Of a stretch of 64,000 bases of DNA, positions 25,649 through 34,610 are shown one piece after another. This DNA comes from Lewinellaceae bacterium (GTDB taxonomy: Bacteria > Bacteroidota > Bacteroidia > Chitinophagales > Saprospiraceae): the NCBI GenBank assembly GCA_020636435.1, contig JACJXX010000002.1:2722921-2786920 (forward strand). Reading direction: 5' to 3'. Under the pieces are notes generated by a model, which did no database searches, was not told the DNA's origin, and saw only the letters and a program-made list of their open reading frames with translations. Positions within the stretch are counted from its first letter, which is position 1. Each line of letters starts with the position of its first letter. Position numbers and translations under genes: made by a program.

Positions 25649-27499
25649 ATGAGCACCTGGAAATTATTGGCCCTTCTGCTTTTTTCGGCTGCCTGCCTGC
25701 AGGCGCAGCCCGAGCGTTGGCAGCAAAGGGTAGAGTACAAAATGGCGATCGATTTTGATGTGAAAGACCACCAGTTTAGCGGTACGCAGCAATTGGCCTA
25801 TTACAACAATTCTCCGGACACCCTGGACCGGGTTTTCTACCATCTTTACTTCAATGCTTTTCAGCCCAACAGCATGATGGATGTGCGTTCGCGCACCATT
25901 CTGGATTCCGACCCGCGGGTAGGCAGCCGTATTTTCGAGTTGAAAGAAAAGGAGATCGGTTATCACAAGATTCGTTCCCTGCGAATGGATGGGGAGCCTG
26001 TCGATTTCGAAGTGGCAGGCACCATTCTGGAAGTCCAGTTAGATCGCCCTATACTGCCCAACAGCAAAGCTGTTTTTGAGATGGAATTCCAATCTCAGGT
26101 GCCGTTGCAGGTGCGCCGCTCCGGCCGGGACAATTCCGAAGGCATTGCCTACTCTATGTCGCAATGGTACCCGAAAATGTGCGAATACGATTACCAGGGT
26201 TGGCACGCCAACCCTTACATCGGCCGGGAATTCTACGGGGTGTGGGGCGATTTTGACGTCACCATTAATATAAACCGGGATTATACCGTTGCGGCCAGCG
26301 GTTATTTGCAGAATCCCGAAGAGATCGGGCATGGATACAGCAGCGCCTCTGCCCGGAGCAACAGCAAAAAGCTGAGTTATCATTTTGTAGCGCCGCAAGT
26401 ACACGATTTTGTCTGGGCCGCCGACCCGGATTACACCCACGACACCTTTACCCGAAAGGACGGCACCGTGCTCCACTTTTTCTATCAGAAAAACGAAAAC
26501 ACGGAAGAAGCCTGGGGCCGCCTGCCGGCGATCATGGACAAAGCCTTTGATTTCATCAATGCCAATTACGGGCAATACCCCTACAAACAGTATTCCTTCA
26601 TTCAGGGCGGCGATGGCGGCATGGAATACCCCATGGCCACCCTCATCACCGGGGAGCGGAGCCTGGGCAGCCTGGTCGGCGTTTCCGTCCACGAGCTGAT
26701 GCACAGCTGGTATCAGATGGTGCTCGGAACCAACGAAAGCCTCTACGCCTGGATGGACGAAGGCTTCACCAGCTGGGCTTCCGACGAGGTCATGAACTAC
26801 CTGCGGGGCGAAGGGCTTATCCCCGGGCGCAAGTTAGCCAACCCTCACGCCAGCGATTACCAGGGGTACGTCAATTTTGCGAAAAGTGGTTTTGAAGAGC
26901 CGCTCATCATCCACGCCGACCATTTCGTGACCAACACGGCTTATGGCATTGCCTCTTATACCAAGGGGGCGGTGTTCCTCGCCCAGCTCGAATACATCAT
27001 TGGGCCGGATGCCTTCCGGAAAGGCATGCGGAGGTACTTCAACACCTGGAAATTCAAACACCCCAATGCCAATGATTTCATACGGATAATGGAAAAGCAA
27101 TCGGGCCTGGAACTGGATTGGTACCGGGAGTACTGGATCAATACTACTCATACGATTGACTACGCCGTGAGAAGCGTTGGCGAGTTGGAGGATTCAGCCG
27201 GGAAGTCCGTGGTCACGCTGGAAAAGGCCGGCATCATGCCCATGCCGCTGGATGTGCTCGTCCTCTATGCGGATGGGAAAAAAGATCTGTTCAATATTCC
27301 CCTTCGGATCATGAGGGGCCACAAGCCGGCGCAAGCTTCCGATGCTGGCTTTAAAGTGCTGGAAGACTGGCCCTGGGTCAATCCAACATACCAATTCATC
27401 CTCGACGTTGCCCCTTCTGAAATCCTCGACGTCATCATCGATCCTGACGGCGGCATGGCGGATGTCAACCGGGATAATAATTCCTTGAAGGCGAAGTGA
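25649..27499 (+). CDS. M1-family zinc metallopeptidase
   Basis: 616 aa with a signal peptide. It has HELMHSWY followed 18 residues later by WMDEGF (the HEXXH-E signature). Confidence 0.9.
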   Translation: MSTWKLLALLLFSAACLQAQPERWQQRVEYKMAIDFDVKDHQFSGTQQLAYYNNSPDTLDRVFYHLYFNAFQPNSMMDVRSRTILDSDPRVGSRIFELKEKEIGYHKIRSLRMDGEPVDFEVAGTILEVQLDRPILPNSKAVFEMEFQSQVPLQVRRSGRDNSEGIAYSMSQWYPKMCEYDYQGWHANPYIGREFYGVWGDFDVTININRDYTVAASGYLQNPEEIGHGYSSASARSNSKKLSYHFVAPQVHDFVWAADPDYTHDTFTRKDGTVLHFFYQKNENTEEAWGRLPAIMDKAFDFINANYGQYPYKQYSFIQGGDGGMEYPMATLITGERSLGSLVGVSVHELMHSWYQMVLGTNESLYAWMDEGFTSWASDEVMNYLRGEGLIPGRKLANPHASDYQGYVNFAKSGFEEPLIIHADHFVTNTAYGIASYTKGAVFLAQLEYIIGPDAFRKGMRRYFNTWKFKHPNANDFIRIMEKQSGLELDWYREYWINTTHTIDYAVRSVGELEDSAGKSVVTLEKAGIMPMPLDVLVLYADGKKDLFNIPLRIMRGHKPAQASDAGFKVLEDWPWVNPTYQFILDVAPSEILDVIIDPDGGMADVNRDNNSLKAK

Positions 27500-27529
27500 T
27501 TGGGTTGAGGTTAAGGTTGAGGTTGCTTG

Positions 27530-27564
27530 CCCTGTAGCAAAGCCCTGTGCGCTGTGCTACAGGG
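27530..27564 (+). terminator. 10-bp-stem hairpin after the M1 peptidase gene
   Basis: CCCTGTAGCA (27530-27539) pairs with TGCTACAGGG (27555-27564). It is preceded by a GTTGAG/GTTAAG hexamer run. Confidence 0.45.
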
Positions 27565-27619
27565 AGAAATGCTATTTCGACGTTTTATTTTACTCAGTTA
27601 AAGTTTTCTTGACAAATAT

Positions 27620-27985
27620 ATGATTAAAAAAACACTCCAAAACATCGAATCCTTTACTGCAGGCGACGACACGCTGATCCGGGAAGTGCTGCATCCAAAA
27701 AATGATGGCTTGTCTCTGGGCTACAGCCTGGCTTTTGCGACATTGGAACCGGGCCAGGCCTCCTTGCCTCACGTACTTCTCAGCAGTTCGGAAGTTTATG
27801 TCATTCAGAAGGGTAGGGGGCGGGCCTATATCGAAGAGGAAACGGCTGACGCCAACCCCGGGGAGGTGCTCTTCATCCCCGCAGGCGCGCGCCAGTATAT
27901 TGAGAATACGGGCGAGGAGGCCCTGGAGTTTTGGTGCATCGTTTCTCCGCCCTGGAGTGGGGAGGACGAGTGTTTGGTTGACTAA
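27620..27985 (+). CDS. cupin-domain protein
   Basis: 121 aa, with a cupin_2-like pattern: LEPGQASLPHVLLSSSEVYVIQKGRG ... GEVLFIPAGARQYIENTG. Confidence 0.75.
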   Translation: MIKKTLQNIESFTAGDDTLIREVLHPKNDGLSLGYSLAFATLEPGQASLPHVLLSSSEVYVIQKGRGRAYIEEETADANPGEVLFIPAGARQYIENTGEEALEFWCIVSPPWSGEDECLVD

Positions 27986-28000
27986 TTCTATCTATCTGGC

Positions 28001-28101
28001 GGCTACCCTTCTAAGGTTGGACAGCCACAGGCTCGGTCTTGGCTGGCATCGTACATCGTACACAGTCCATGCAATTTTTGTCCAACGTTAGACGAGTAGC
28101 C
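28001..28101. mobile_element. family D MITE, copy D2 (101 bp)
   Basis: TIRs are GGCTACCCTTCTAAGGTTGGACAG and TTGTCCAACGTTAGACGAGTAGCC. The 8-bp TSD TATCTGGC is perfect, at 27993-28000 and 28102-28109. Confidence 0.9.
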
Positions 28102-28454
28102 TATCTGGCTAGAATGGCCTTCCTGATTTGGGCCTCCGCTCCAGCTTGCAATCGGAAGACATACACGCCTGGCGCCAATTTGCCCGCTTCAAAAGAGCGT
28201 TCATAACGGCCAGCCGGCAGGCGCTCGTTGGCCAGTGTTGCCACTTTCCGACCCGTCGCGTCGTGTTCGCTGAGAGTTACCTGTGCAGAATACGGCACTC
28301 GAAACCGAGCCCAGGTTACTGCCTTAAACGGATCGGGGTAGCAATCGAGTACGAGGCCACCTGCTGTGGTAGGGGAAGAAATGCCAGTTAGTGTATTTTG
28401 AAATCTCGCCACGGCAAGGTCATAACTTGTTCCAACGCTCGCGCCGGACATCAC
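28101..28454 (-). pseudogene. orphan T9SS C-terminal sorting domain (remnant of a cargo gene)
   Basis: 117-aa ORF. The last ~80 aa are Por_Secre_tail-like (CYPDPFKAVTWARFRVPYSAQVTLSEHDATGRKVATL...GVYVFRLQAG). It has no signal peptide and no passenger domain. The stop codon spans the D2/TSD junction. Confidence 0.5.
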
Positions 28455-28489
28455 GATCCTGCCGTCTATACAAAGTTGAAGAAAAAGGC

Positions 28490-28497
28490 TATTTTTG
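28490..28497 (+). promoter_or_regulatory. candidate -7 box TATTTTTG
   Basis: Exact TAnnTTTG match, 46 nt upstream of ATG 28544. Confidence 0.35.
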
Positions 28498-28543
28498 CAA
28501 CCCCGGAAAAGAGCCTTTAAAAGCTCTCAAACAAGCAAACTGC

Positions 28544-29758
28544 ATGAAAATACTTCAACTTTGCAAAAAATTTCCCTACCCGCTGAAGGATGGCGAGTCA
28601 ATCGCAGTGAATACGTTGAGCCGGCCTCTTCACAACCTGGGCTGCGAAGTATCTCTGCTGGCCATGAATACCCATAAGCACTATTTTCAGGAGGACGCAT
28701 ATCCCGAGGCGCTGAGCCACTATCAGGACATTATTAAAGTACCGGTGGACAGCCGGGTGAAACCCACCGATGCCTTTCTAAACCTCTTTTCCCGGGAATC
28801 CTATCATATATCCCGTTTCGTATCGCCGGCGTTCCGGCAGCAACTCATTGAGCTGCTCCGGAGCAATACCTTTGACCTTATTCAGTTGGAGACGCCTTAC
28901 CTGGCGCCGTACATCCCAACCATCCGCCAATACTCGGATGCCCTGGTCGCCATGCGGGCGCACAATGTGGAGCACGAGATTTGGGAGCGCATCGCCGAAA
29001 ACACCGCCTTCCTGCCCAGGCGCTGGTATTTGAAATACCTGGCGAATAAGTTGCGCCGCTACGAGGCGCGGCAATTGCAGCAATACGATATGCTGGTGGC
29101 CATCACCCAGCGCGACCTCGAACGCTTCCGAAAGCTGGGCTACCAGAAGGCGGCGGCGGTGGCGCCTATCGGCATCTGCTCCGAGGCCTATCAGCCCGAT
29201 TACAGCAGCTACCGGCGGCCTTTGTCGATTTCTTTTATCGGCTCTCTGGATTGGATGCCCAACCAGGAGGGGCTGCTGTGGTTCCTCAGCCAGGTGTGGG
29301 AGCCGTTGGCCAGAAAATACCCGGAACTGGAACTCCACATTGCCGGCCGGAATACGCCCGCAGACTGGGAAACCAAACTGGCGGGCAACCAGGTGTTCAT
29401 TCACGGCGAAGTGCCCGATGCGGCTCAATTCATCAATGGCCACAGCTTGATGGCCGTCCCCTTGCTTTCCGGTAGCGGAATGAGGGCCAAAATCCTGGAG
29501 GGCATGGCCCTGGGCCGGGTAGTGCTGACGACCAGCGTAGGGCTGGAGGGCATCGCCGCGCGCCCTGGCAAAGAGGTGCTGCTCGCCGATACCGCAGAGC
29601 AGTTTATCCGGCAAATTGAGCATTGCCGCCTTCAGGGCCAGCAGATGGAAAGCATGGGGCGGCGGGCCCGTAGCTTCGTCACAGTCGAGTATGACAGCCA
29701 GGCCATCGCCCGACGGCTCCTGGACGCTTACCTGGCTTTAACCATGGAAGTAGCCTGA
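28544..29758 (+). CDS. glycosyltransferase family 4 (GT-B, GT1 clan)
   Basis: ATG at 28544 gives MKILQLCKKFPYPLKDGESIAV. The C-terminal half reads SGSGMRAKILEGMALGRVVLTT. Confidence 0.85.
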   Translation: MKILQLCKKFPYPLKDGESIAVNTLSRPLHNLGCEVSLLAMNTHKHYFQEDAYPEALSHYQDIIKVPVDSRVKPTDAFLNLFSRESYHISRFVSPAFRQQLIELLRSNTFDLIQLETPYLAPYIPTIRQYSDALVAMRAHNVEHEIWERIAENTAFLPRRWYLKYLANKLRRYEARQLQQYDMLVAITQRDLERFRKLGYQKAAAVAPIGICSEAYQPDYSSYRRPLSISFIGSLDWMPNQEGLLWFLSQVWEPLARKYPELELHIAGRNTPADWETKLAGNQVFIHGEVPDAAQFINGHSLMAVPLLSGSGMRAKILEGMALGRVVLTTSVGLEGIAARPGKEVLLADTAEQFIRQIEHCRLQGQQMESMGRRARSFVTVEYDSQAIARRLLDAYLALTMEVA

Positions 29759-30975
29759 TGATGAACTGGATTCTGGGTATTGTTTTCTGGTTGAGTTTGT
29801 TGGGTATCCTGCATTCCTATCTTTTTTACCCTTTGCTGCTCCGCTGGCTGGCCAGGGGAAAAAAAGCCAACCGGCTGGTGTATGCTCCGGAGGACGACTG
29901 GCCGCAAGTTTCCGTTCTCCTGTCGGCTTACAACGAGCAGGCAGTTATCCGCCAGAAAATGGACAGCCTGCTCCAATTGTCGTATCCAAAGGAAAAACTC
30001 AACTTTTATATCGGCTCCGATTGTTCCAGCGATGGGACCAACGCCATTCTGGAAACTTACGCGGCAAAGACTCCCCGCCTTCACTTTTTCCCTTTTGCAG
30101 AGCGCCGGGGAAAGCCCGGCGTGATCAATCAGTTGGCGGAGATGGCTGCAGAAGGCCAGGATAAAAACCCGGAACACATTTTCATCCTTACCGACGCCAG
30201 CGTGATGATGGATCCTGGCTGCTTGCGGGCTTTGGTGCGCCACTTCAAAAACCCGGAGATCGACATCGTAGACGCCCACATGATCCACGTCGGGATGAAA
30301 GAGGAAGGCATTTCCCAGGCGGAAGATGAATACATTTCCTCCGAAGTGCGGCTCAAACACCGGGAAGGGCTGGTGTGGGGCAAGATGATCGGTCCGTTCG
30401 GAGGCTGCTTTGCCCTGCGGGCCAGCCGCTTTTCCAAAGTGCCTGCCAACTTCCTGGTGGACGATTTTTACCTCACCATGAAGGTTTTTGAACAGGGAGG
30501 AAAGGCGATCAACGACCTGGAGGCCACCTGCCGGGAGCCCGTTTCCCACGAGTTGCGGGAAGAGTTTCGCCGAAAGGCCCGCATCTCCGCCGGCAATTTT
30601 CAGAACATGACTACTTTTCCTCACCTCTGGTGGCCGCCGCTGCGCCCTTTGTCCTTTGCCTTCTTTTCCCACAAGGTGCTGCGCTGGCTCGGCCCCTTTC
30701 TCATTCTGGCCATCCTGCTCAGCTCCGCCCTTTTGGCACTGGGAGGCAACTTATTTTATTGTCTGCTGTTTTGGGTTATGGCGGGCGGTTCGATATTGTT
30801 ACCTTTGCTCGACCTGTTGTTTAACGCTCTGGGGTTAAACATCTTACCGCTGAGAGGCGCCCGTTACTTTGTAATGATGAACCTGGCCCTGCTCCAGGGT
30901 TTTATTAAATTCATAAAAGGTATTCGTTCTAATGTCTGGGAACCAACTAAAAGAAGCCATCCAACCAAGCCTTAA
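29758..30975 (+). CDS. glycosyltransferase family 2 with C-terminal TM helices
   Basis: 405 aa, with VSVLLSAYNEQAVIRQKMDSLLQLSYPKEKLNFYIGSDCSSDGT. Its start overlaps the GT4 stop codon. Confidence 0.85.
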   Translation: MMNWILGIVFWLSLLGILHSYLFYPLLLRWLARGKKANRLVYAPEDDWPQVSVLLSAYNEQAVIRQKMDSLLQLSYPKEKLNFYIGSDCSSDGTNAILETYAAKTPRLHFFPFAERRGKPGVINQLAEMAAEGQDKNPEHIFILTDASVMMDPGCLRALVRHFKNPEIDIVDAHMIHVGMKEEGISQAEDEYISSEVRLKHREGLVWGKMIGPFGGCFALRASRFSKVPANFLVDDFYLTMKVFEQGGKAINDLEATCREPVSHELREEFRRKARISAGNFQNMTTFPHLWWPPLRPLSFAFFSHKVLRWLGPFLILAILLSSALLALGGNLFYCLLFWVMAGGSILLPLLDLLFNALGLNILPLRGARYFVMMNLALLQGFIKFIKGIRSNVWEPTKRSHPTKP

Positions 30976-32107
30976 GCTGAATGCGATCGAAGAGGCCATA
31001 GCCGACATCAAGGCCGGCAAAGTGATCATTGTAGTCGATGACGAGGATCGGGAAAACGAGGGCGATTTTATCTGTGCGGCGGAGTGCGTAACCCCGGAGA
31101 TCATCAACTTCATGGCCACCCATGGCCGGGGCCTCATCTGCGCTCCTATCGACGAGAAACGGGCCGACCAGCTGGAGCTCGAAATGATGGTCTCTTCCAA
31201 TACCGCCCTGCACGAGACGGCCTTTACCGTTTCGATCGACCTGATCGGCCAGGGGTGCACCACCGGCATTTCGGCCTACGACCGGGCCACCGGCATCCGG
31301 GCATTGGTCGACCCCAAAACCAAGCCGTCCGATTATGCCCGTCCCGGGCATATTTTCCCGCTGCGGGCCAAGACGGGCGGCGTGCTGCGGCGCACCGGCC
31401 ATACCGAGGCGGCCATCGACCTGGCTCGCCTGGCCGGCTACGCTCCCGCCGGCGTTCTGGTGGAAATCCTAAACGAAGACGGCACCATGGCCCGCCTGCC
31501 GCAACTGATGGAGATCGCCGAACGGTTCGGCCTCAAGATCATCGCCATCAAAGACCTGGTGGCCTACCGCATGCGCACCGAGCGCATCGTCAAGCGGGAA
31601 GTGTCGGTCCACCTGGAGACGAAGTACGGCAATTTTGAGGTCATCGCCTTCCGGCAGATCACCACCAACGACATCCACCTGGCCATCAAGTGCGGAGACT
31701 GGCAGCCGGAAGAGCCGGTGCTCGTCCGCGTGCATTCCTCCACCGAAACCGGAGATATCCTGGGCGCCCTCTTCGATGATTATGGCGTGCAACTGCAACG
31801 CTCCATCGAGATGATATCGGCAGAAGGCCAGGGCCTGCTGCTCTACATGCGGCACGGCGAAAAAGCAGATACCATCCTGCACCGCCTGGAGTCTTACCGC
31901 CAGAAGGAGGAAAAGGGGGAGAATGTCGCCCTGGAGAAAAAAGGGGAGATGACCCAGCGGGATTTTGGGGTAGGCGCTCAAATCCTGCGGGAACTCGACA
32001 TCTGCAAGATACGGCAGATTACCAACAACCCGAAACGCCGTATCGGGCTGATCGGGTATGGGCTGGAGATTGTGGAGAATGTGCCCCTCGTGTTGCGATC
32101 ATCCTGA
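30932..32107 (+). CDS. ribB: 3,4-dihydroxy-2-butanone-4-phosphate synthase fused to a degenerate GTP-cyclohydrolase-II-like domain
   Basis: The N-terminal half has VVDDEDRENEGDFICAAE. The C-terminal half aligns to RibA but reads RVHSSTETGD...FDDYG where RVHSECLTGD...RCDCG is expected. The last 7 codons and the TGA stop lie in repeat DNA. Confidence 0.85.
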   Translation: MSGNQLKEAIQPSLKLNAIEEAIADIKAGKVIIVVDDEDRENEGDFICAAECVTPEIINFMATHGRGLICAPIDEKRADQLELEMMVSSNTALHETAFTVSIDLIGQGCTTGISAYDRATGIRALVDPKTKPSDYARPGHIFPLRAKTGGVLRRTGHTEAAIDLARLAGYAPAGVLVEILNEDGTMARLPQLMEIAERFGLKIIAIKDLVAYRMRTERIVKREVSVHLETKYGNFEVIAFRQITTNDIHLAIKCGDWQPEEPVLVRVHSSTETGDILGALFDDYGVQLQRSIEMISAEGQGLLLYMRHGEKADTILHRLESYRQKEEKGENVALEKKGEMTQRDFGVGAQILRELDICKIRQITNNPKRRIGLIGYGLEIVENVPLVLRSS

Positions 32108-32320
32108 TCGCCCGGCATGTCGGAGGGAATGGAACGCGGATGAACGCGGATGCGGCGGGTTGTCGCGGGTTTGGAGGTGCTCCTGCTCTCGTGCTGCGAT
32201 CATCCTGATCGCCCGGCATGTCGGAAGGAAGGGAACGCGGATGAACGCGGATGCGGGGGATTGTCGCGGGTTTGGAGGTGCTCCTGCTCTCGTGCTGCGG
32301 CCATTCTGGCTGCCCGGCAT
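32095..32320. repeat. 101-bp tandem repeat, about 2.2 copies
   Basis: Unit 1 (32095-32195) and unit 2 (32196-32296) match at 97/101 positions. A partial third unit runs to about 32320. Each unit starts with the hairpin GCGATCA-TCC-TGATCGC and contains a CGCGGAT-word module. Confidence 0.9.
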
Positions 32321-32396
32321 AACGCTACTATTGGTTATTGATTTCATAGCACCCTATTTGCCCTGGAAATCAATAACCAATAGTCAACCAACACCT

Positions 32397-33044
32397 ATGC
32401 GGTACGAACGGAAATACAAACTCGATAGCCTCCATCCTTCCGCTTTCGAGCAGGCCATCCGCCTGCACCCGGCCAGCTTTCGCCCCATCTATTCCCCCCG
32501 CCAGGTCAACAACCTCTATTTTGACACGCCCGATTTCATCGCTTTCCACGATAATGCCGCCGGCGTTTCCCAACGGGTAAAGCACCGCCTGCGCTGGTAT
32601 GGGCGGCCTTTTGAGGTTATCAATGACCCCGTGTTGGAAACCAAGGTGAAAGACAACCTGTTGGGGCGAAAGGAGAGCTTCCCCCTGCCGCCTGGCCAAT
32701 ACCGGGCCGATAAGTTGGATGGCTTGCTGGGGCAGGTACGGCAGCACCTCGGCTACGGTCTGGAACTGCAGCCCGTACTTTTCAATTCCTACCACCGCTC
32801 TTACTGGACCACCCCCAACGGCCGCTTTCGCATTACTGTAGACAGCGAACTGCAATTCGGGGCTTACCGGGAGCAGGAGGGCAGGTTGTTGCCTTATAGC
32901 CTGCCGGCTGTGATCCTGGAACTGAAGTACGAGCAGGAAGAGGAGGAGGAGAGTGATTTCATCCTCCAGCACCTTCCCTTCCGGCAGACGAAGAGTTCGA
33001 AGTATGGAATGGGGGTGGAGGTGTGTTATGGAGGGGTGCTATAA
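32397..33044 (+). CDS. VTC-domain (polyphosphate polymerase-like, CYTH-fold) protein
   Basis: ATG at 32397 gives MRYERKYKLDSLHPSAFEQAIRLHP...NNLYFDTPDF. The longer track ORF from 32058 reads through the tandem repeat. Confidence 0.7.
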   Translation: MRYERKYKLDSLHPSAFEQAIRLHPASFRPIYSPRQVNNLYFDTPDFIAFHDNAAGVSQRVKHRLRWYGRPFEVINDPVLETKVKDNLLGRKESFPLPPGQYRADKLDGLLGQVRQHLGYGLELQPVLFNSYHRSYWTTPNGRFRITVDSELQFGAYREQEGRLLPYSLPAVILELKYEQEEEEESDFILQHLPFRQTKSSKYGMGVEVCYGGVL

Positions 33045-33053
33045 CTGGTGAAA

Positions 33054-33109
33054 AGTATTGCCAGTGGGCCATATTCCGGAAACTTGGTCGATGATCCACT
33101 GACAATACT
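33054..33109. terminator. hairpin between convergent genes
   Basis: AGTATTGCCAGTGG (33054-33067) pairs with CCACTGACAATACT (33096-33109), 13/14, around a 28-nt loop. Confidence 0.35.
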
Positions 33110-33131
33110 ATTGCCGAAGACAATCAGCTTC

Positions 33132-34277
33132 TTACTTTTTCATAATAAGCTGAGATCTGCGCCAATTGGTGCTTCCAGTACCCGAAATAACTACATTGTA
33201 CATTCCTGAAGAAAAATCCGCTATAGAAATCCGTTCGATTGAATTGACGGCTTCCAAAGTTTGCTCAAAAACAATCCTACCAAAAGGATCGAAGAGCTGT
33301 ATCGTTGCGGGATGCCCTTGAAACATCGCCGAAAATGGAATATGCAGCTGGTCTTCCGCTGGATTCGGAAAGATAAATCGATTTCCACAATCTTCAACAG
33401 TAAAAGATGCACCGGTCACGTCGAGTGCGCCGCAGATGGTTCCACCGCCCTGCACGAGCAGGCCGTTGACGTCAAACCCGGTAGTAACGCCAAACTGCAC
33501 GATGCCCAGGTCAAGGGTGTTTGGGTCGTAGACCAGGGTGTGAATGGTGTACCTGCCGGTGGCATTTACATTGAACTCCGGCTCGTCGCTGACATCCCGT
33601 ATAACCAGCCCGCTGCCCTGGGTCAATACGTAGATGACTTCATAGCCGTCGGGCACTTCGGGGCCGTCGTCTTTTTCCGCTTCGATCGCCGCTGTGCCAT
33701 TGCCAAGGCAATCCTGATCTTCGGGTTCTAGGGTGCCGGCGTCGGCTTCGCAGGAGCAGTCGTCGACGGTAAACTGTGCGCCGGCCACGTCGAGGGCGCC
33801 GCAGATGGTTCCGCCGCCCTGCACGAGCAGGCCGTTGACGTCAAAGCCGGTGGTGCTGCCGAACTGCACGATGCCCAGGTCGAGGGTGTTGGGGTCGTAG
33901 ACCAGGGTGTGGATGGTGTAGTCGCCTGTGGCGTCGACGGTAAATTCCGGCTCGCCGCTGACGGCCTGGATGACCAGCCCGCTGCCCTGGGTCAGCACGT
34001 AGATGACTTCGTAGCCGTCGGGCACTTCGGGGCTGTCGTCTTTTTCCGCTTCGATCGCCGCTGTGCCATTGCCAAGGCAATCCTGATCTTCGGGTTCTAG
34101 GGTGCCGGCGTCGGCTTCGCACCGGCGATTTTCAAATGCGAATCCGCTTTCGCCCGCATCCATAGAAACCATCGGGTGAAGGCTTGTAGCTGTCAGCGGT
34201 TTAAACAAGAGGCCGTTACAAAGGAAAAGAGCCAGCAAGTACAGCTTGAAACTTTTTGAGTAGATTACTAATGCCAT
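33132..34277 (-). CDS. T9SS cargo protein with two tandem 123-aa repeats
   Basis: 381 aa with a signal peptide. The repeats (aa 53-175 and 176-298) begin CEADAGTLEPEDQDCLGNGTAAIEAEKDD. The C-terminus is Por_Secre_tail-like (FPNPAEDQLHIPF...GMYNVVISG). Confidence 0.8.
   Translation of the reverse strand: MALVIYSKSFKLYLLALFLCNGLLFKPLTATSLHPMVSMDAGESGFAFENRRCEADAGTLEPEDQDCLGNGTAAIEAEKDDSPEVPDGYEVIYVLTQGSGLVIQAVSGEPEFTVDATGDYTIHTLVYDPNTLDLGIVQFGSTTGFDVNGLLVQGGGTICGALDVAGAQFTVDDCSCEADAGTLEPEDQDCLGNGTAAIEAEKDDGPEVPDGYEVIYVLTQGSGLVIRDVSDEPEFNVNATGRYTIHTLVYDPNTLDLGIVQFGVTTGFDVNGLLVQGGGTICGALDVTGASFTVEDCGNRFIFPNPAEDQLHIPFSAMFQGHPATIQLFDPFGRIVFEQTLEAVNSIERISIADFSSGMYNVVISGTGSTNWRRSQLIMKK
33384..34121. 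repeat. 369-bp tandem duplication inside the cargo CDS
   Basis: There are two in-frame units. Stretches such as CTTTTTCCGCTTCGATCGCCGCTGTGCCATTGCCAAGGCAATCCTGATCTTCGGGTTCTAGGGTGCCGGCGTCGGCTTCGCA are identical in both (starting 33671 and 34040). Confidence 0.9.
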
Positions 34278-34509
34278 AGTTTTGAGATTGTTATGAAAAG
34301 GAGATATTGCATGTTTTCAATATAGCCCAGGCTTTCCAGCCGAGAAGCCCATCGCTGCAAATGCGAGAACCGGCTTTTTATGAGAGCGTACAAATACTGA
34401 AAAGGCGAACAACAGAGGCAAGGAACCTGTTCACGCCAACATCGAAACACGATGGCAGAAGTTGCAGAAAAGACAACTACTTTGCAAAATGGAGATTTAA
34501 CCGACCTGG

Positions 34510-34610
34510 CTAGTGCGACTATAACGAAATAACCGGGCAGTTTCGGTAGCCCATATAGCCAGGTTTCCAGGGCTCTTAACTGCCCCGCTATTTAGTGCGC
34601 GAGGCACTAG
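34510..34610. mobile_element. family H palindromic element, copy H2 (101 bp, inverted relative to H1)
   Basis: Bounded by CTAG. The right-hand CTAG (34607-34610) contains the TAG stop codon of the PorP/SprF gene. Confidence 0.75.

Noticed and set aside
30700-30931. An FMN riboswitch upstream of the riboflavin gene.
   Set aside because: The sequence upstream of ATG 30932 is the 3' part of the GT2 coding region, and the genes overlap by 44 nt. There is no non-coding leader.
32058-32396. The N-terminal 113 residues of track ORF 32058-33044.
   Set aside because: They are a translation of the 101-bp tandem repeat, and the peptide repeats itself. The VTC-domain homology begins at MRYERKYKL (ATG 32397).
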